NCBI GenBank assembly: GCA_964567555.1
Contig: CAZMNA010000001.1
Location: 24,911-88,910, forward strand
From: an uncultured Candidatus Saccharibacteria bacterium
GTDB lineage: Bacteria; Patescibacteriota; Saccharimonadia; Saccharimonadales; UBA10212
DNA: 64,000 nucleotides
Direction: 5' to 3'
Position 1 is the stretch's first letter, and the number at the start of each line of letters is the position of its first letter. Under the pieces are notes generated by a model that did not search any database, was not told the DNA's origin, and was given only the letters and a program-made list of their open reading frames with translations. A program made the translations under genes and the position numbers. Below, one piece after another: positions 25,201-34,056 of the stretch.

Positions 25201-26553
25201 ATGAGAATAGCGATTATCGGCTGGGGGGTTGAGGGCCAAAGCGCCTACCGCTTTTTTGGCCCAGAGCACGAGTACCTTATCTGCAATGAGGAGCCGATTG
25301 TAGAACCGCCGACTGGTGAAAATATCAAACTACAATTTATAAACCAACAGCGACCTGCCGGCACAACCGGCAACGTTAAAGACTACGGTTATCTTTCTGG
25401 CGTTGAGAGCTGCGATAAAATTTTTTATTCCCCAACTGCTGCCAATAATCTAGAGGAACTGTTTGGCAATAACAAAGATTTCTGGGACAAAACTATTACC
25501 TCTATCCAGCTGTTTTTCGAGACAGTAGCCTCAAAAAACATTATTGGCGTTACCGGTACCAAAGGTAAAGGCACAACCTCTACATTGATTGCCAAAATGC
25601 TGGAGGCCGACGGCAAAAAAGTCTGGCTAGGCGGCAATATCGGCAGCGGATTCTTGGATTTCGTGCAAGAGGTTAAGGCTGATGATTGGGTGGTGCTAGA
25701 GCTTTCCAGCTTTCAGCTGTATAGGCTCAAACGTAGCCCGCACATTGGCGTTTGCCTGATGATTACCGAAGAGCATCTTGACTGGCATCCCGATATGGAA
25801 GATTACATAAACACCAAGGCGAATCTCTTCCGTTGGCAAAAGCCGGATGATATTGCCATCTATCTGGCCGGTAACAGTTACACAGAGCAAGCCGCAGGAT
25901 ATTCAAATGGCAAGAAAATCCCTTTTGGCATACCCCCTGGTGCATATGTACGAGATGAAGGTGTAATTTCTATCGGCGACGAAGAAACGGAAGTGATAAA
26001 AACTAGTCAGCTTAAACTTATAGGCGAACATAACCTACAGAATGTTTGCGCCGCCGTAACGACCTTCTGGCAAATAAGCCAGAACCTGGAGGCAATAGAG
26101 AAGGTACTCACTACCTTTTCCGGGTTGGAGCATCGCTTAGAGTTTGTCCGCGAAATTAATGGTGTTAAATTTTATGATGATTCTTACGGCACCAACCCAG
26201 ACACTGCCATCGTAGCGCTGGAAACCTTCGTCCAACCAATCATCCTAATAGTCGGGGGCTATGACAGAGGCATCGCCATGGACAAACTAGTAGCAGAGAT
26301 TTTAAAAGACAGAGTCCGGCATGTCGTTGCCATAGGCCAAACAGGGGCAAAAGTGGCCGAAATGCTAAAGGCCAAACGCTTTACCGCTATTGATGAGGAG
26401 TTAAAGACGATGCCCGAAATTGTAGCCGCTGCTGCCAAAGCTGCTCAGCCCGGGGATGTGGTTCTACTGTCTTGTGCCGCGACTAGTTTTGATATGTTCC
26501 CTAACTTCAAGGTTCGTGGCGACGAATTTAAAAGGGCAGTCAACGCCTTATGA
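25201..26553 (+). CDS. murD: UDP-N-acetylmuramoyl-L-alanine--glutamate ligase (MurD family)
   Basis: N-terminal IIGWGVEGQS Rossmann-like motif, P-loop GVTGTKGKGTTSTLIAKML, Mur ligase C-terminal domain. Confidence 0.9.
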   Translation: MRIAIIGWGVEGQSAYRFFGPEHEYLICNEEPIVEPPTGENIKLQFINQQRPAGTTGNVKDYGYLSGVESCDKIFYSPTAANNLEELFGNNKDFWDKTITSIQLFFETVASKNIIGVTGTKGKGTTSTLIAKMLEADGKKVWLGGNIGSGFLDFVQEVKADDWVVLELSSFQLYRLKRSPHIGVCLMITEEHLDWHPDMEDYINTKANLFRWQKPDDIAIYLAGNSYTEQAAGYSNGKKIPFGIPPGAYVRDEGVISIGDEETEVIKTSQLKLIGEHNLQNVCAAVTTFWQISQNLEAIEKVLTTFSGLEHRLEFVREINGVKFYDDSYGTNPDTAIVALETFVQPIILIVGGYDRGIAMDKLVAEILKDRVRHVVAIGQTGAKVAEMLKAKRFTAIDEELKTMPEIVAAAAKAAQPGDVVLLSCAATSFDMFPNFKVRGDEFKRAVNAL

Positions 26554-27836
26554 GCAAATATCAAAATTTTGTTTTCGAAAGTTATCAGATTAGCGAACAT
26601 ACCAAGGAGCTTAGCCTTAAATATTCATATGACGGAACCCTAAACTTTACTGAAGTCTATAAATTTGACTTTGGGTGGAAAAAAGACCGTGACCCGCAGG
26701 CACTGGATAGGGCTTGTCGGCTGGTCTTTTTCTTGGCCGGCGTATCTTATTTTAAAGCTTATCTTGCACCGAATATTATAGTAAAAGCTGGTGACATAGA
26801 TGAGAAAATGTCGCAATTTTTGAGTAAAACCTACCGAGAAGGGTTAGGAGAATTTTTCTACATCAATGGGCTTGATCCCAAAACGCCAATTGACTTCCCC
26901 GTCAACGCTAAAAGTCCTGAGAAGCTGTATGTAAAATCCGACGGTCTATTGGTAGGTATTGGCGGTGGCAAAGATTCGTTGGTATCTGTTGAACTGCTGC
27001 GAGACAAAGTAGAAGCAATGACTTGGAGTTTAAATCACCGACCTCAGCTAGAGCCGCTGGTTGAACGTATAGGATTACCGCACGCTTTCATAGAACGCAC
27101 ATGGGACACTCACCTTCTTGAGCTCAATAAGCAAGATGCCCTTAACGGCCATATACCGATATCGGCAATTATCGCTGGCGTCGGCACAGTAGTGTCCATC
27201 CTAACAGGGCGCCAAGATAATGTAGTATCTAACGAAAGTTCCGCCAGCGAGCCTAACCTTATCTACCAAGGAGTTGAGATTAACCACCAGTACTCAAAAT
27301 CTCTAGAGTTTGAGCGCGATTTTCAGGCCTGCCTAGAGCATCTGTTCGGCGGCAGTCTGCGGTATTATTCCATCCTGCGGCCATTTAGCGAACTAAGAAT
27401 AGCCGAGTTATTTGCCCAGACTGGCTTTGATAAATATAAAGATGTATTTAGTTCCTGCAACAAAGCTTTCACCCACTTTAGTGACCATATCTTTTGGGAT
27501 GGTACCTGCCCAAAATGTGCCTTTGTCTTTTTGGCACTAACTCCCTTTGTCGGTAAGGACAAGCTACAAAATTTGTTTGGCGGTAAGAATTTACTGCTTG
27601 ACGATAAGTTAGAGCCAACATACCGCCAATTACTGGGCATTGAGGGCGATAAACCCTTAGAGTGCGTGGGAGAAATCAAAGAAAGTCGCAGCGCTATGGC
27701 GATGGCTAAGAAAATCTACCCTGAACTTGATAAATATCAGTTTGAGCTGGCGACAGACTATGATTTTAGGGCTACTGGCCCAAACCTTATGCCTGACAAT
27801 ATCGCACAAATTATACTCCAAGCGTCTAGTATCTAA
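26550..27836 (+). CDS. PP-loop-like protein translationally coupled to murD; candidate MurL-type UDP-MurNAc-L-Ala-L-Glu epimerase
   Basis: ATGA overlap with the murD stop. GIGGGKDSLVSVELL resembles the SGGxDS PP-loop. Cys cluster SSCNKAF...CPKCAFVF. The functional assignment comes from gene context and remembered literature and is not verified. Confidence 0.45.
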   Translation: MSKYQNFVFESYQISEHTKELSLKYSYDGTLNFTEVYKFDFGWKKDRDPQALDRACRLVFFLAGVSYFKAYLAPNIIVKAGDIDEKMSQFLSKTYREGLGEFFYINGLDPKTPIDFPVNAKSPEKLYVKSDGLLVGIGGGKDSLVSVELLRDKVEAMTWSLNHRPQLEPLVERIGLPHAFIERTWDTHLLELNKQDALNGHIPISAIIAGVGTVVSILTGRQDNVVSNESSASEPNLIYQGVEINHQYSKSLEFERDFQACLEHLFGGSLRYYSILRPFSELRIAELFAQTGFDKYKDVFSSCNKAFTHFSDHIFWDGTCPKCAFVFLALTPFVGKDKLQNLFGGKNLLLDDKLEPTYRQLLGIEGDKPLECVGEIKESRSAMAMAKKIYPELDKYQFELATDYDFRATGPNLMPDNIAQIILQASSI

Positions 27837-28639
27837 GATTTTGTCGCATTTTGAGCCGCAGTTAAAACATTGTCAAACAACGCGCAGACAGTCAGCGGAC
27901 CGACGCCGCCTTTTTTGGGGGTCAGCGTCAAGTCATCTCGATTGTAGACGTCTTCGGCTAGATCGCCCACTGTTTTACCTTCGTCAGAGGCCGTGCCGGC
28001 ATCTACTACTACAGCCCCTCGCTTAATCATGCCTGCTGTCAAAAGCCTTGGGCTGCCGGTGGCCGTGATAATAATATCGGCTGGCAGGGTTTCTTTTTTA
28101 AGGTCTTTGGTACGTTCGTCGGCAGGGCTTACACTTACGCCTGACCTTATCAAAAGTTTGGTTAAGGGAATGCCAACCAACCTGCCGCGGCCTATTACCA
28201 GTACTAGTTTGTCTTTTAAGTCAATGTTGTAGCCAGCCAATAGCCAGAGGATTGCCATCGGGGTAGCCGGAGTAATCTCTGCTTTGGGACCCAGGGCATC
28301 AACGTCCTTGCCGGGCGCAACCTTAGCGACTAATTCATCGGTCTTGGAAGTATCGGGTAGGGGAAGTTGGAGAATAATGCCATGAACTTTGTTATCGGCA
28401 TTTAATTTTTCAAGTAGGCCAGGGATTTCAGGCTGGCTCGGTTTAAAGACCTCCACATCTACGCCGATATCAGTGCCGTATTTTTGTTTTAGGGCAACAT
28501 AAGTATTGATTACTGGGTCGTCTTTGGCTTGAACAATTGCCAGCTTGGGCTGAATTTTTTGACCCAAAAGTGAGCGCACCTGACGAGCGTGCCGCTCTTT
28601 TATAAAACCAGCTAATTCCGCTCCATTTAGAAGTTTCAT
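27833..28639 (-). CDS. folD: bifunctional methylenetetrahydrofolate dehydrogenase/cyclohydrolase
   Basis: MKLLNGAELA.., VIGRGRLVGIPL, GGVGPLTV motifs. Confidence 0.9.
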   Translation of the reverse strand: MKLLNGAELAGFIKERHARQVRSLLGQKIQPKLAIVQAKDDPVINTYVALKQKYGTDIGVDVEVFKPSQPEIPGLLEKLNADNKVHGIILQLPLPDTSKTDELVAKVAPGKDVDALGPKAEITPATPMAILWLLAGYNIDLKDKLVLVIGRGRLVGIPLTKLLIRSGVSVSPADERTKDLKKETLPADIIITATGSPRLLTAGMIKRGAVVVDAGTASDEGKTVGDLAEDVYNRDDLTLTPKKGGVGPLTVCALFDNVLTAAQNATKS

Positions 28640-28710
28640 ACCTCGTTATTGTACCTCAGCCAGTCTTGCTAAAACAGGGGTGATTTGCTAAAGTTTGCAA
28701 GTACCGATGC

Positions 28711-28890
28711 GGGCCTGTAGCTCAGTTGGTTAGAGCAGCGGCACACTTTCCGCCGCGTGTCGAGGGGGAGAAATGCCTGACGGCATTTCGGACGGCCGGA
28801 GACCCGGTGCAAATTATTGCCCGAGTCGAGGCGGGGTCGCGAGTTTGCGAAGCAAAACTTGTGACCGAATCCCAGGACTCGAACCTTTAT
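28711..28890 (+). other. tRNA-like 5' half followed by a highly structured ~130-nt segment (disrupted tRNA, intron-like insert or novel ncRNA)
   Basis: GGGCCTGTAGCTCAGTTGGTTAGAGCAGCGGC-ACACTTTCC-GCCGC is a perfect acceptor 5' strand and D arm plus an anticodon-like stem with a 9-nt loop. No T arm or CAGGCCC 3' acceptor follows. Instead there are hairpins GAAATGCC-tgac-GGCATTTC, CCGG-agac-CCGG, GCAA-atta-TTGC and CGAGTC...GACTCG. Confidence 0.4.
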
Positions 28891-28908
28891 AATGTTTAAG
28901 TCACTTAC

Positions 28909-28985
28909 GGGCCATTAGCTCAGCTGGTTAGAGCACCTGCCTCTTAAGCAGGGTGTCCGGGGTTCGAGTCCCCGATGGCCCTCCA
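28909..28985 (+). tRNA. tRNA-Lys (anticodon CUU)
   Basis: GGGCCATTAGCTCAGCTGGTTAGAGCACCTGCCTCTTAAGCAGGGTGTCCGGGGTTCGAGTCCCCGATGGCCCTCCA forms a cloverleaf with loop CTCTTAA. Confidence 0.9.
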
Positions 28986-28989
28986 GATT

Positions 28990-29475
28990 ATGAACAAGAA
29001 CGAACTGCGTACTGTACTGCGACAGAGCCGGGAAAATCTTTCGGCTAGTGATATAGCCGCCAAGAGTGCCAAAATTACCGAACTGGCGCTGGATAGCATC
29101 GATTGGTCCGCCGTTAAGAACCTTCATATTTATAGCTCAGTGGATGAGTGGAGCGAAGTTGATACAAAAGATTTAGTCCGTAAAATTTCTGTGCGCTGGC
29201 CGGCTATTAAAATCGTACAGCCACAGCTTTCGCGGGATAATCCAATACTCAAAGGGGCTTTCGATGTAATTATTGTACCGACATTGGGCTTTGATAAAAC
29301 CCGTAACCGCCTGGGCTTAGGCGGTGGCTGGTACGATAAATTCTTGGCCACCCAGCCAGAAGCTCTAAAGGTCGGTCTGGCTTTTAATTCAGGGTTAGTT
29401 GAAAACGGCCTAGAGCCGGAATCTCACGACATTAGCTTGGACAAAATTATTACTGAGCAGGGTATAATCGCCTGA
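28990..29475 (+). CDS. 5-formyltetrahydrofolate cyclo-ligase
   Basis: Start moved to MNKNELR because the ORF-track start lies inside tRNA-Lys. VPTLGFDKTRNRLGLGGGWYDKFL matches the family motif. Confidence 0.8.
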   Translation: MNKNELRTVLRQSRENLSASDIAAKSAKITELALDSIDWSAVKNLHIYSSVDEWSEVDTKDLVRKISVRWPAIKIVQPQLSRDNPILKGAFDVIIVPTLGFDKTRNRLGLGGGWYDKFLATQPEALKVGLAFNSGLVENGLEPESHDISLDKIITEQGIIA

Positions 29476-29694
29476 TTAAGGAGATTATATGACGAGCCCG
29501 AGAAAGCGAGCCGCTAAAGAACAAGGATTTCCCGGCGCGAAGCTATATAATCTAGGGATTATGTTGATAAATAAGCACGTGCATACTTGGTCTGGTTTTG
29601 CTGAGCCTTCCTAACTTACTTAATCCCAGACAATACTTAATGAGTTAAGTATTTTACGGGACAGGCATATCAAGTAATTAGGAGCTTCGTTAAA

Positions 29695-30372
29695 ATGAAA
29701 ACTATTCGTAAATTTGACCTCATCGTGGCGCTTTATATCTTTGGCGTTATCACCGCCGAACTAATGGGCGCCAAGACCTTTAAACTCACAGACTTTTCTT
29801 CTGCTCACCTTAATGCCTCGGTGGCAATTTTTGTTCTTCCCCTGCTCTTTACCTTGGTGGATGTAGTAGTGGAAGTTTATGGCAAAGCTCGGGCCCGCAG
29901 CATGGTTTATAGCGGCCTGATTGTAGTGGCACTGCTGATTGGCTATGCCGCATTGACGACTGCCCTGCCCCCTTCACACCGCTATGCGGCTACTAATTCA
30001 GCCTATAAAGCTATCTTTCATGCCTCTATCCGCATTTCGGCAGCCAGTTTGGCGGCCTTTGCTGTCAGTGAGCTTATGGATGTAGCCATCTTTGCTAGGC
30101 TGCGCTCTGCCCTGTCCGGCAACGCCCTGTGGCTACGCAATAACCTAACCAATTTTGTGGCCCAGTTCTTTGACAGCGCCGTCTTTTTGAGCCTGGCCTT
30201 TTGGGCGACCAGTTTTGGTTTGGGTTCTAACGTCAGTTTTCTTTGGAGCTTGCTCTTGCCTTACTGGCTAATCCGCTGTGGGCTGTCGGTAATTGAAACA
30301 CCATTAGTTTATTTGGGCGTTTGGTGGCTGCGCGGCTCGCGTGATCCTAAGGTTAAAGCTAAAGAAGCATGA
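29695..30372 (+). CDS. VUT/YhhQ-family transporter (queuosine-precursor / vitamin uptake type)
   Basis: Multi-TM protein. FVLPLLFTLVDVVVEVYG and NLTNFVAQFFDS resemble the YhhQ (DUF165) family. Confidence 0.7.
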   Translation: MKTIRKFDLIVALYIFGVITAELMGAKTFKLTDFSSAHLNASVAIFVLPLLFTLVDVVVEVYGKARARSMVYSGLIVVALLIGYAALTTALPPSHRYAATNSAYKAIFHASIRISAASLAAFAVSELMDVAIFARLRSALSGNALWLRNNLTNFVAQFFDSAVFLSLAFWATSFGLGSNVSFLWSLLLPYWLIRCGLSVIETPLVYLGVWWLRGSRDPKVKAKEA

Positions 30373-31127
30373 AAGTTGCGGCAATTCACACCGAGAAGGT
30401 GTTCCCAAATCAAAAATCTATCTTTGAACTGCTAGATGAAAGTGTTGATTCACTAGAAGATGGCTCTGTGCTGGCAATTACTTCTAAAATCGTTTCGTTG
30501 TGCGAAGGCAGAGTCGTCCCGCTTAAAGGTAATGATAGGGACGAGCTTGTTAAACAAGAATCTGATTTATTCTTGCCACGACGATTCAGCAAATGGAACT
30601 TTGAGCTTACAATAATTCAACGCACGATGGTTATGTCAGCTGGCATAGATCATTCTAACGCCGGCGGAGACTACTATGTGCTATGGCCTAGAGACGTTCA
30701 AAAATCTACTGAGGAGATATGGAAATACCTCACCAAAAAATACCAGTTAAAAAACCTCGGCGTAATTCTTACGGATAGCATCATCACTCCTCTGCGATGG
30801 GGTACAACTGGAGTGGCTATCGCTTATTGTGGTTTTGAGCCAAAAAACTCCTACATCGGCGAGCCGGATGTGTTTGGTCGCAAATTGGAAGTTAGTCAAT
30901 CAAATATTGCCGGCGGGCTAGCCACAAGTGCTGTGCTGTGCATGGGTGAAGGTAGCGAACAAACTCCAATGGCGTTGATAACTGAACTACCTTTTGTGAA
31001 TTTCCAAAATAGGACACCCAATCAGCAAGAGCTAGATACTTATTTCGTCACTGAGATGAAAGAGGATGTTTTTTATCCGTTTTTGAAGGGTGCGAACTGG
31101 CAAAAAGGCCGCCGCAAAAATCAATAA
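30369..31127 (+). CDS. CofE/FbiB-like gamma-glutamyl ligase family protein
   Basis: LAITSKIVSLCEGR, AGIDHSNA, GVILTDS, GEGSEQTPMALI motifs of the F420-0:gamma-glutamyl ligase fold. ATGA-coupled to the transporter. Confidence 0.7.
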   Translation: MKVAAIHTEKVFPNQKSIFELLDESVDSLEDGSVLAITSKIVSLCEGRVVPLKGNDRDELVKQESDLFLPRRFSKWNFELTIIQRTMVMSAGIDHSNAGGDYYVLWPRDVQKSTEEIWKYLTKKYQLKNLGVILTDSIITPLRWGTTGVAIAYCGFEPKNSYIGEPDVFGRKLEVSQSNIAGGLATSAVLCMGEGSEQTPMALITELPFVNFQNRTPNQQELDTYFVTEMKEDVFYPFLKGANWQKGRRKNQ

Positions 31128-31203
31128 TGGTACCCGCGGCAGGATTTGAACCTGCGACCCCTTGGTTCGAAGCCAAGTACTCTATCCACTGAGCTACGCG
31201 GGC
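31128..31203 (-). tRNA. tRNA-Arg (anticodon UCG)
   Basis: Reverse complement GCCCGCGTAGCTCAGTGGATAGAGTACTTGGCTTCGAACCAAGGGGTCGCAGGTTCAAATCCTGCCGCGGGTACCA. Confidence 0.9.
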
Positions 31204-31214
31204 GCGCCCTTAGA

Positions 31215-31742
31215 TTATATGTGATTAATGTAGCCAATAACTACTGCAAGGGCGATAGCGCCCAGTAGCCAGCCGCCCAGTACGTCGCTTGGAAAATGGG
31301 CGCCTAAGGATACGCGCGATAAACCAATTATAAAAATCAGGCCGGCGGCCAGTAAGTACGCCAGCCATCCGCCAGTGAGGTAAGCCAAATATCCATAGAC
31401 TAGGAACGACGTATAGGCATGCCCGCTCGGGAAACTAAAGTGGTCAAAGCGCATTTTGCGTACATAAATGGTGTCTGGGCGCTGCCGGCGTGTGAAGAAC
31501 TTTATAATATGAGCCAAGGGTATGAGACCGAGCACCAAAAGCCCGCTGGAATCCAAATATTTATCGGTAACATTGAATTGGTTATGGACAGGCCAAAGCA
31601 GATACGCCACTAACGCAGCCAGTGAGCCTACTATAAAAAGAGAGCCAAAGTAAGAGGCCAGCCCCAAAACCTTGGCCGTGTCACTGGGAACCCGCGCTAC
31701 CTGCACGGCTATATTTTCATCAAAATGCCTGACAGTCTGCAT
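31215..31742 (-). CDS. PAP2-family phosphatase (undecaprenyl-diphosphatase-like)
   Basis: KFFTRRQRP, SFPSGHA, SRVSLGAHFPSD tripartite PAP2 motif. Multi-TM. Confidence 0.8.
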   Translation of the reverse strand: MQTVRHFDENIAVQVARVPSDTAKVLGLASYFGSLFIVGSLAALVAYLLWPVHNQFNVTDKYLDSSGLLVLGLIPLAHIIKFFTRRQRPDTIYVRKMRFDHFSFPSGHAYTSFLVYGYLAYLTGGWLAYLLAAGLIFIIGLSRVSLGAHFPSDVLGGWLLGAIALAVVIGYINHI

Positions 31743-31760
31743 AAAAACTATTATCCCACA

Positions 31761-31835
31761 TGGTACCCCGTGCAGGACTCGAACCTACATCATCAGCTCC
31801 GGAAGCTGACATTCTATCCATTGAACTAACGGGGC
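31761..31835 (-). tRNA. tRNA-Arg (anticodon CCG)
   Basis: Reverse complement GCCCCGTTAGTTCAATGGATAGAATGTCAGCTTCCGGAGCTGATGATGTAGGTTCGAGTCCTGCACGGGGTACCA. Confidence 0.9.
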
Positions 31836-31864
31836 TTGGGGTGTGCGAATAAAATTGTATCAGT

Positions 31865-32389
31865 TTAGCTCGACAGGTGGCCATTGTCCGCTTCGGCACT
31901 TGGGACTTGGCTTGCCTTTGGCTCGGTTTGCGCCAGCGTGACTTGCAAAATCTTAAGCACGCTTTTGGCGTGCTCACGGCTCATACCGACACGGGCGACT
32001 TGGTGAGCCGACTTGCCAGCGCCGGCGCTTTGGCCAAAGTTCATAACCACACCGTAATTATTAACAACTATATCTACAACGTCTGTAAAAAGTACTTTTT
32101 CCGGGTGGCTGTCTTTGGCGGCAGGAGTTTCGGGAACATCAGTTAAATCATAGCCGGCGGCTTCCCACAGTTTGAGCGCCTGCTCTTCTGTTGCTTCAAA
32201 GTGGCTTATCAAAAGCAGCAGCACTTCCTCAGATGGCCGCTTAGCACCTAGTTCAAATGAGGCCAGTTCGTGGGTCTCAATCTCTACCGCTCCGGCCACC
32301 TCGGCCAGGCTCTCGCCCACATTATTTCGTAAAAGTTTTAGTTTTCGCCCCAGTGCAGCAAACGGCTTTTGGGCCTCACCTTCACTCAT
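31865..32389 (-). CDS. XRE-type HTH domain protein with C-terminal domain of unknown function
   Basis: LGRKLKLLRNNVGESLAEVAGAVEIETHELASFELG is an HTH. Start taken at MSEGEAQ. Confidence 0.6.
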   Translation of the reverse strand: MSEGEAQKPFAALGRKLKLLRNNVGESLAEVAGAVEIETHELASFELGAKRPSEEVLLLLISHFEATEEQALKLWEAAGYDLTDVPETPAAKDSHPEKVLFTDVVDIVVNNYGVVMNFGQSAGAGKSAHQVARVGMSREHAKSVLKILQVTLAQTEPKASQVPSAEADNGHLSS

Positions 32390-32587
32390 GTGTTTATATT
32401 GTAGCACCCGATGCCTATCCCGGTAGTAGACTTCTTCAGCCAGTTGCCGCTAGGCATAAATTTATTCGGCAAATTAGCCCTATGCAAATATTTTAAGACT
32501 TCCTTTAAAAACGGAAACTACATTCGCCAACTGACGTTACGGCTTCGCCGAATAATCTCAAAAGCTCACTACCGGGTATAATCAAAG

Positions 32588-33619
32588 GTGATGGAAATAA
32601 AAGAAAATGTCAGTCTAGCGGGCTATTCTACGATGCGCCTTGGCGGAGTGGCGCGCTATCTGTGCGAGGTATCAAGCGAAGTGGACTTGGCTAAGGCTGT
32701 AGCTTGGGCGCATGATAAAAAAATTCCGTTCATAGCTATTGGCGGCGGCAGCAATATCGTCTGGCGGGATGAAGGCTTTGCCGGGCTAGTAATCGTGAAT
32801 TGCATACTAGGCCGGCAAGTTTTGACAGAGGATGCGCACTCGGCAGTGGTTAAGGTTGGCGGCGGTGAGGTTTGGGACGAGGTAGTTGCTTGGACGGTAG
32901 ATAAAAATCTGTCCGGCATTGAATTTTTATCCGCCATACCCGGCAAGGCTGGCGGTGGCCCGGTTCAAAACATTGGCGCGTACGGCGCTGAACTATCGGA
33001 AGTTTTGACCGAAGTATCGGTTTTTGACACAGCCGAAAACACTTTTGGCAGTATTGCCAAAGATGCCTGCGAGTTTGGCTACCGCACCAGCCGCTTTAAA
33101 ACCACTGACAAAAAGCGCTTTTTGATAACTTCGTTAACTATGAAGCTGGCTAAATCTAACCCCTCCCCACCGTTTTATGAATCACTCCACGCCTATTTTG
33201 ATGAACATGGCATAAAAGAATTTACACCAAAAACCGTCCGCGAGGCGGTAATTGCTGTGCGAAGGACCAAGCTGCCGGACCCTAAAGTGGTAGCTAACAA
33301 CGGTTCGTTTTTTACTAATCCATTTGTGCCTGTTGCCCAGTTTGACCAGCTAAAAGCAAAGTTCCCGGGGATAAAAGGCTGGCCGGCTGATGACGGCCGG
33401 GTCAAGCTTGCCGCTGGCTGGCTGGTAGAGCAAGCCGGCTACCGCGGCGTACATGATAAAGAAACTGGCATGGCAACCAACCCGGACCAAGCATTGGTGC
33501 TTATAAACGAACATGCCAAATCCACGGCGGACCTTTTAAAGTTCAAGCAAAAAATCGTTGACGCGGTTGAACAAATGTTCGGCGTTACGCTTGAACAAGA
33601 ACCAGAGCTTTTGCCCTAA
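32588..33619 (+). CDS. murB: UDP-N-acetylenolpyruvoylglucosamine reductase
   Basis: FAD-binding N-terminus LAGYSTMRLGG, IGGGSNIV, and C-terminal MurB domain GSFFTNP. Confidence 0.85.
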   Translation: MMEIKENVSLAGYSTMRLGGVARYLCEVSSEVDLAKAVAWAHDKKIPFIAIGGGSNIVWRDEGFAGLVIVNCILGRQVLTEDAHSAVVKVGGGEVWDEVVAWTVDKNLSGIEFLSAIPGKAGGGPVQNIGAYGAELSEVLTEVSVFDTAENTFGSIAKDACEFGYRTSRFKTTDKKRFLITSLTMKLAKSNPSPPFYESLHAYFDEHGIKEFTPKTVREAVIAVRRTKLPDPKVVANNGSFFTNPFVPVAQFDQLKAKFPGIKGWPADDGRVKLAAGWLVEQAGYRGVHDKETGMATNPDQALVLINEHAKSTADLLKFKQKIVDAVEQMFGVTLEQEPELLP

Positions 33620-34056
33620 AAGTTCAATTCGGAGTAACTCTCATTTTGATCAATTTTTGCCAAAACCTGCTTCACACCCGGCACTGTATTGTCAGGCAAT
33701 GCTTGGAGGTCAAACCAAGAAAAATCATCGCATTTATTCGGCTCGGCGTTTTTTAACTGGCCGCTGTATTTCAAAACTTCAAAGAAAAAATCAACTCGTT
33801 CATGATCGCCATCATCGCCACGACGGTGGACTACATGTACAAACTTTAAATTGTTAGGGTCTACGTCTACGCCAACTTCCTCTTTAGATTCTCGGGCAGC
33901 TGCAGCCCGAGCTGTTTCGTTGCCATCAAGATGACCTGAAGGTAGTGTATATTCACCGTCCCGCCAACCAGTATCAAATCTTCTCAGAAGCAGAACTTTG
34001 CTTTCTTTTCTGAAGATCATATACACGGCTGGAGTAAGTTGGAATCTACTTTTCAT
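33616..34056 (-). CDS. NUDIX hydrolase
   Basis: Nudix box GHLDGNETARAAAARESKEEVGV. Start taken at MKSRFQ to limit overlap with glyA. Confidence 0.8.
   Translation of the reverse strand: MKSRFQLTPAVYMIFRKESKVLLLRRFDTGWRDGEYTLPSGHLDGNETARAAAARESKEEVGVDVDPNNLKFVHVVHRRGDDGDHERVDFFFEVLKYSGQLKNAEPNKCDDFSWFDLQALPDNTVPGVKQVLAKIDQNESYSELNF

Noticed and set aside
28757-28890. Group I intron inside the tRNA-like gene
   Set aside because: The insert is too short (about 130 nt). No recognisable P7/P3 core was found, and above all no 3' exon (T arm plus CAGGCCC acceptor strand) follows.
28975-28989. ORF-track start of the 5-FCL gene
   Set aside because: That ATG lies inside tRNA-Lys (28909-28985). The start was moved to the ATG at 28990 (MNKNELR).
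28915-29127. 70-aa minus-strand ORF
   Set aside because: It is antisense to tRNA-Lys and to the 5-FCL gene, and its tail (..GLEPRTPCLRGRCSNQLS) is just the translated tRNA complement.
29489-29614. 41-aa ORF (MTSPRKRAAKEQGFPGAKLYNLGIMLINKHVHTWSGFAEPS) behind a strong AAGGAG RBS
   Set aside because: The RBS is good, but the peptide has no features, and conservation cannot be assessed here. Not reported as a gene.
29476-29694. preQ1 riboswitch upstream of the YhhQ-family transporter
   Set aside because: A GGTCTGG...CCCAGAC stem exists, but its loop is about 30 nt and the A-rich tail/pseudoknot consensus (..CCCTCTATAAAAAACTAAGG-like) is absent.
31720-31977. 85-aa minus-strand ORF
   Set aside because: It spans tRNA-Arg(CCG) and overlaps both flanking genes in other frames.
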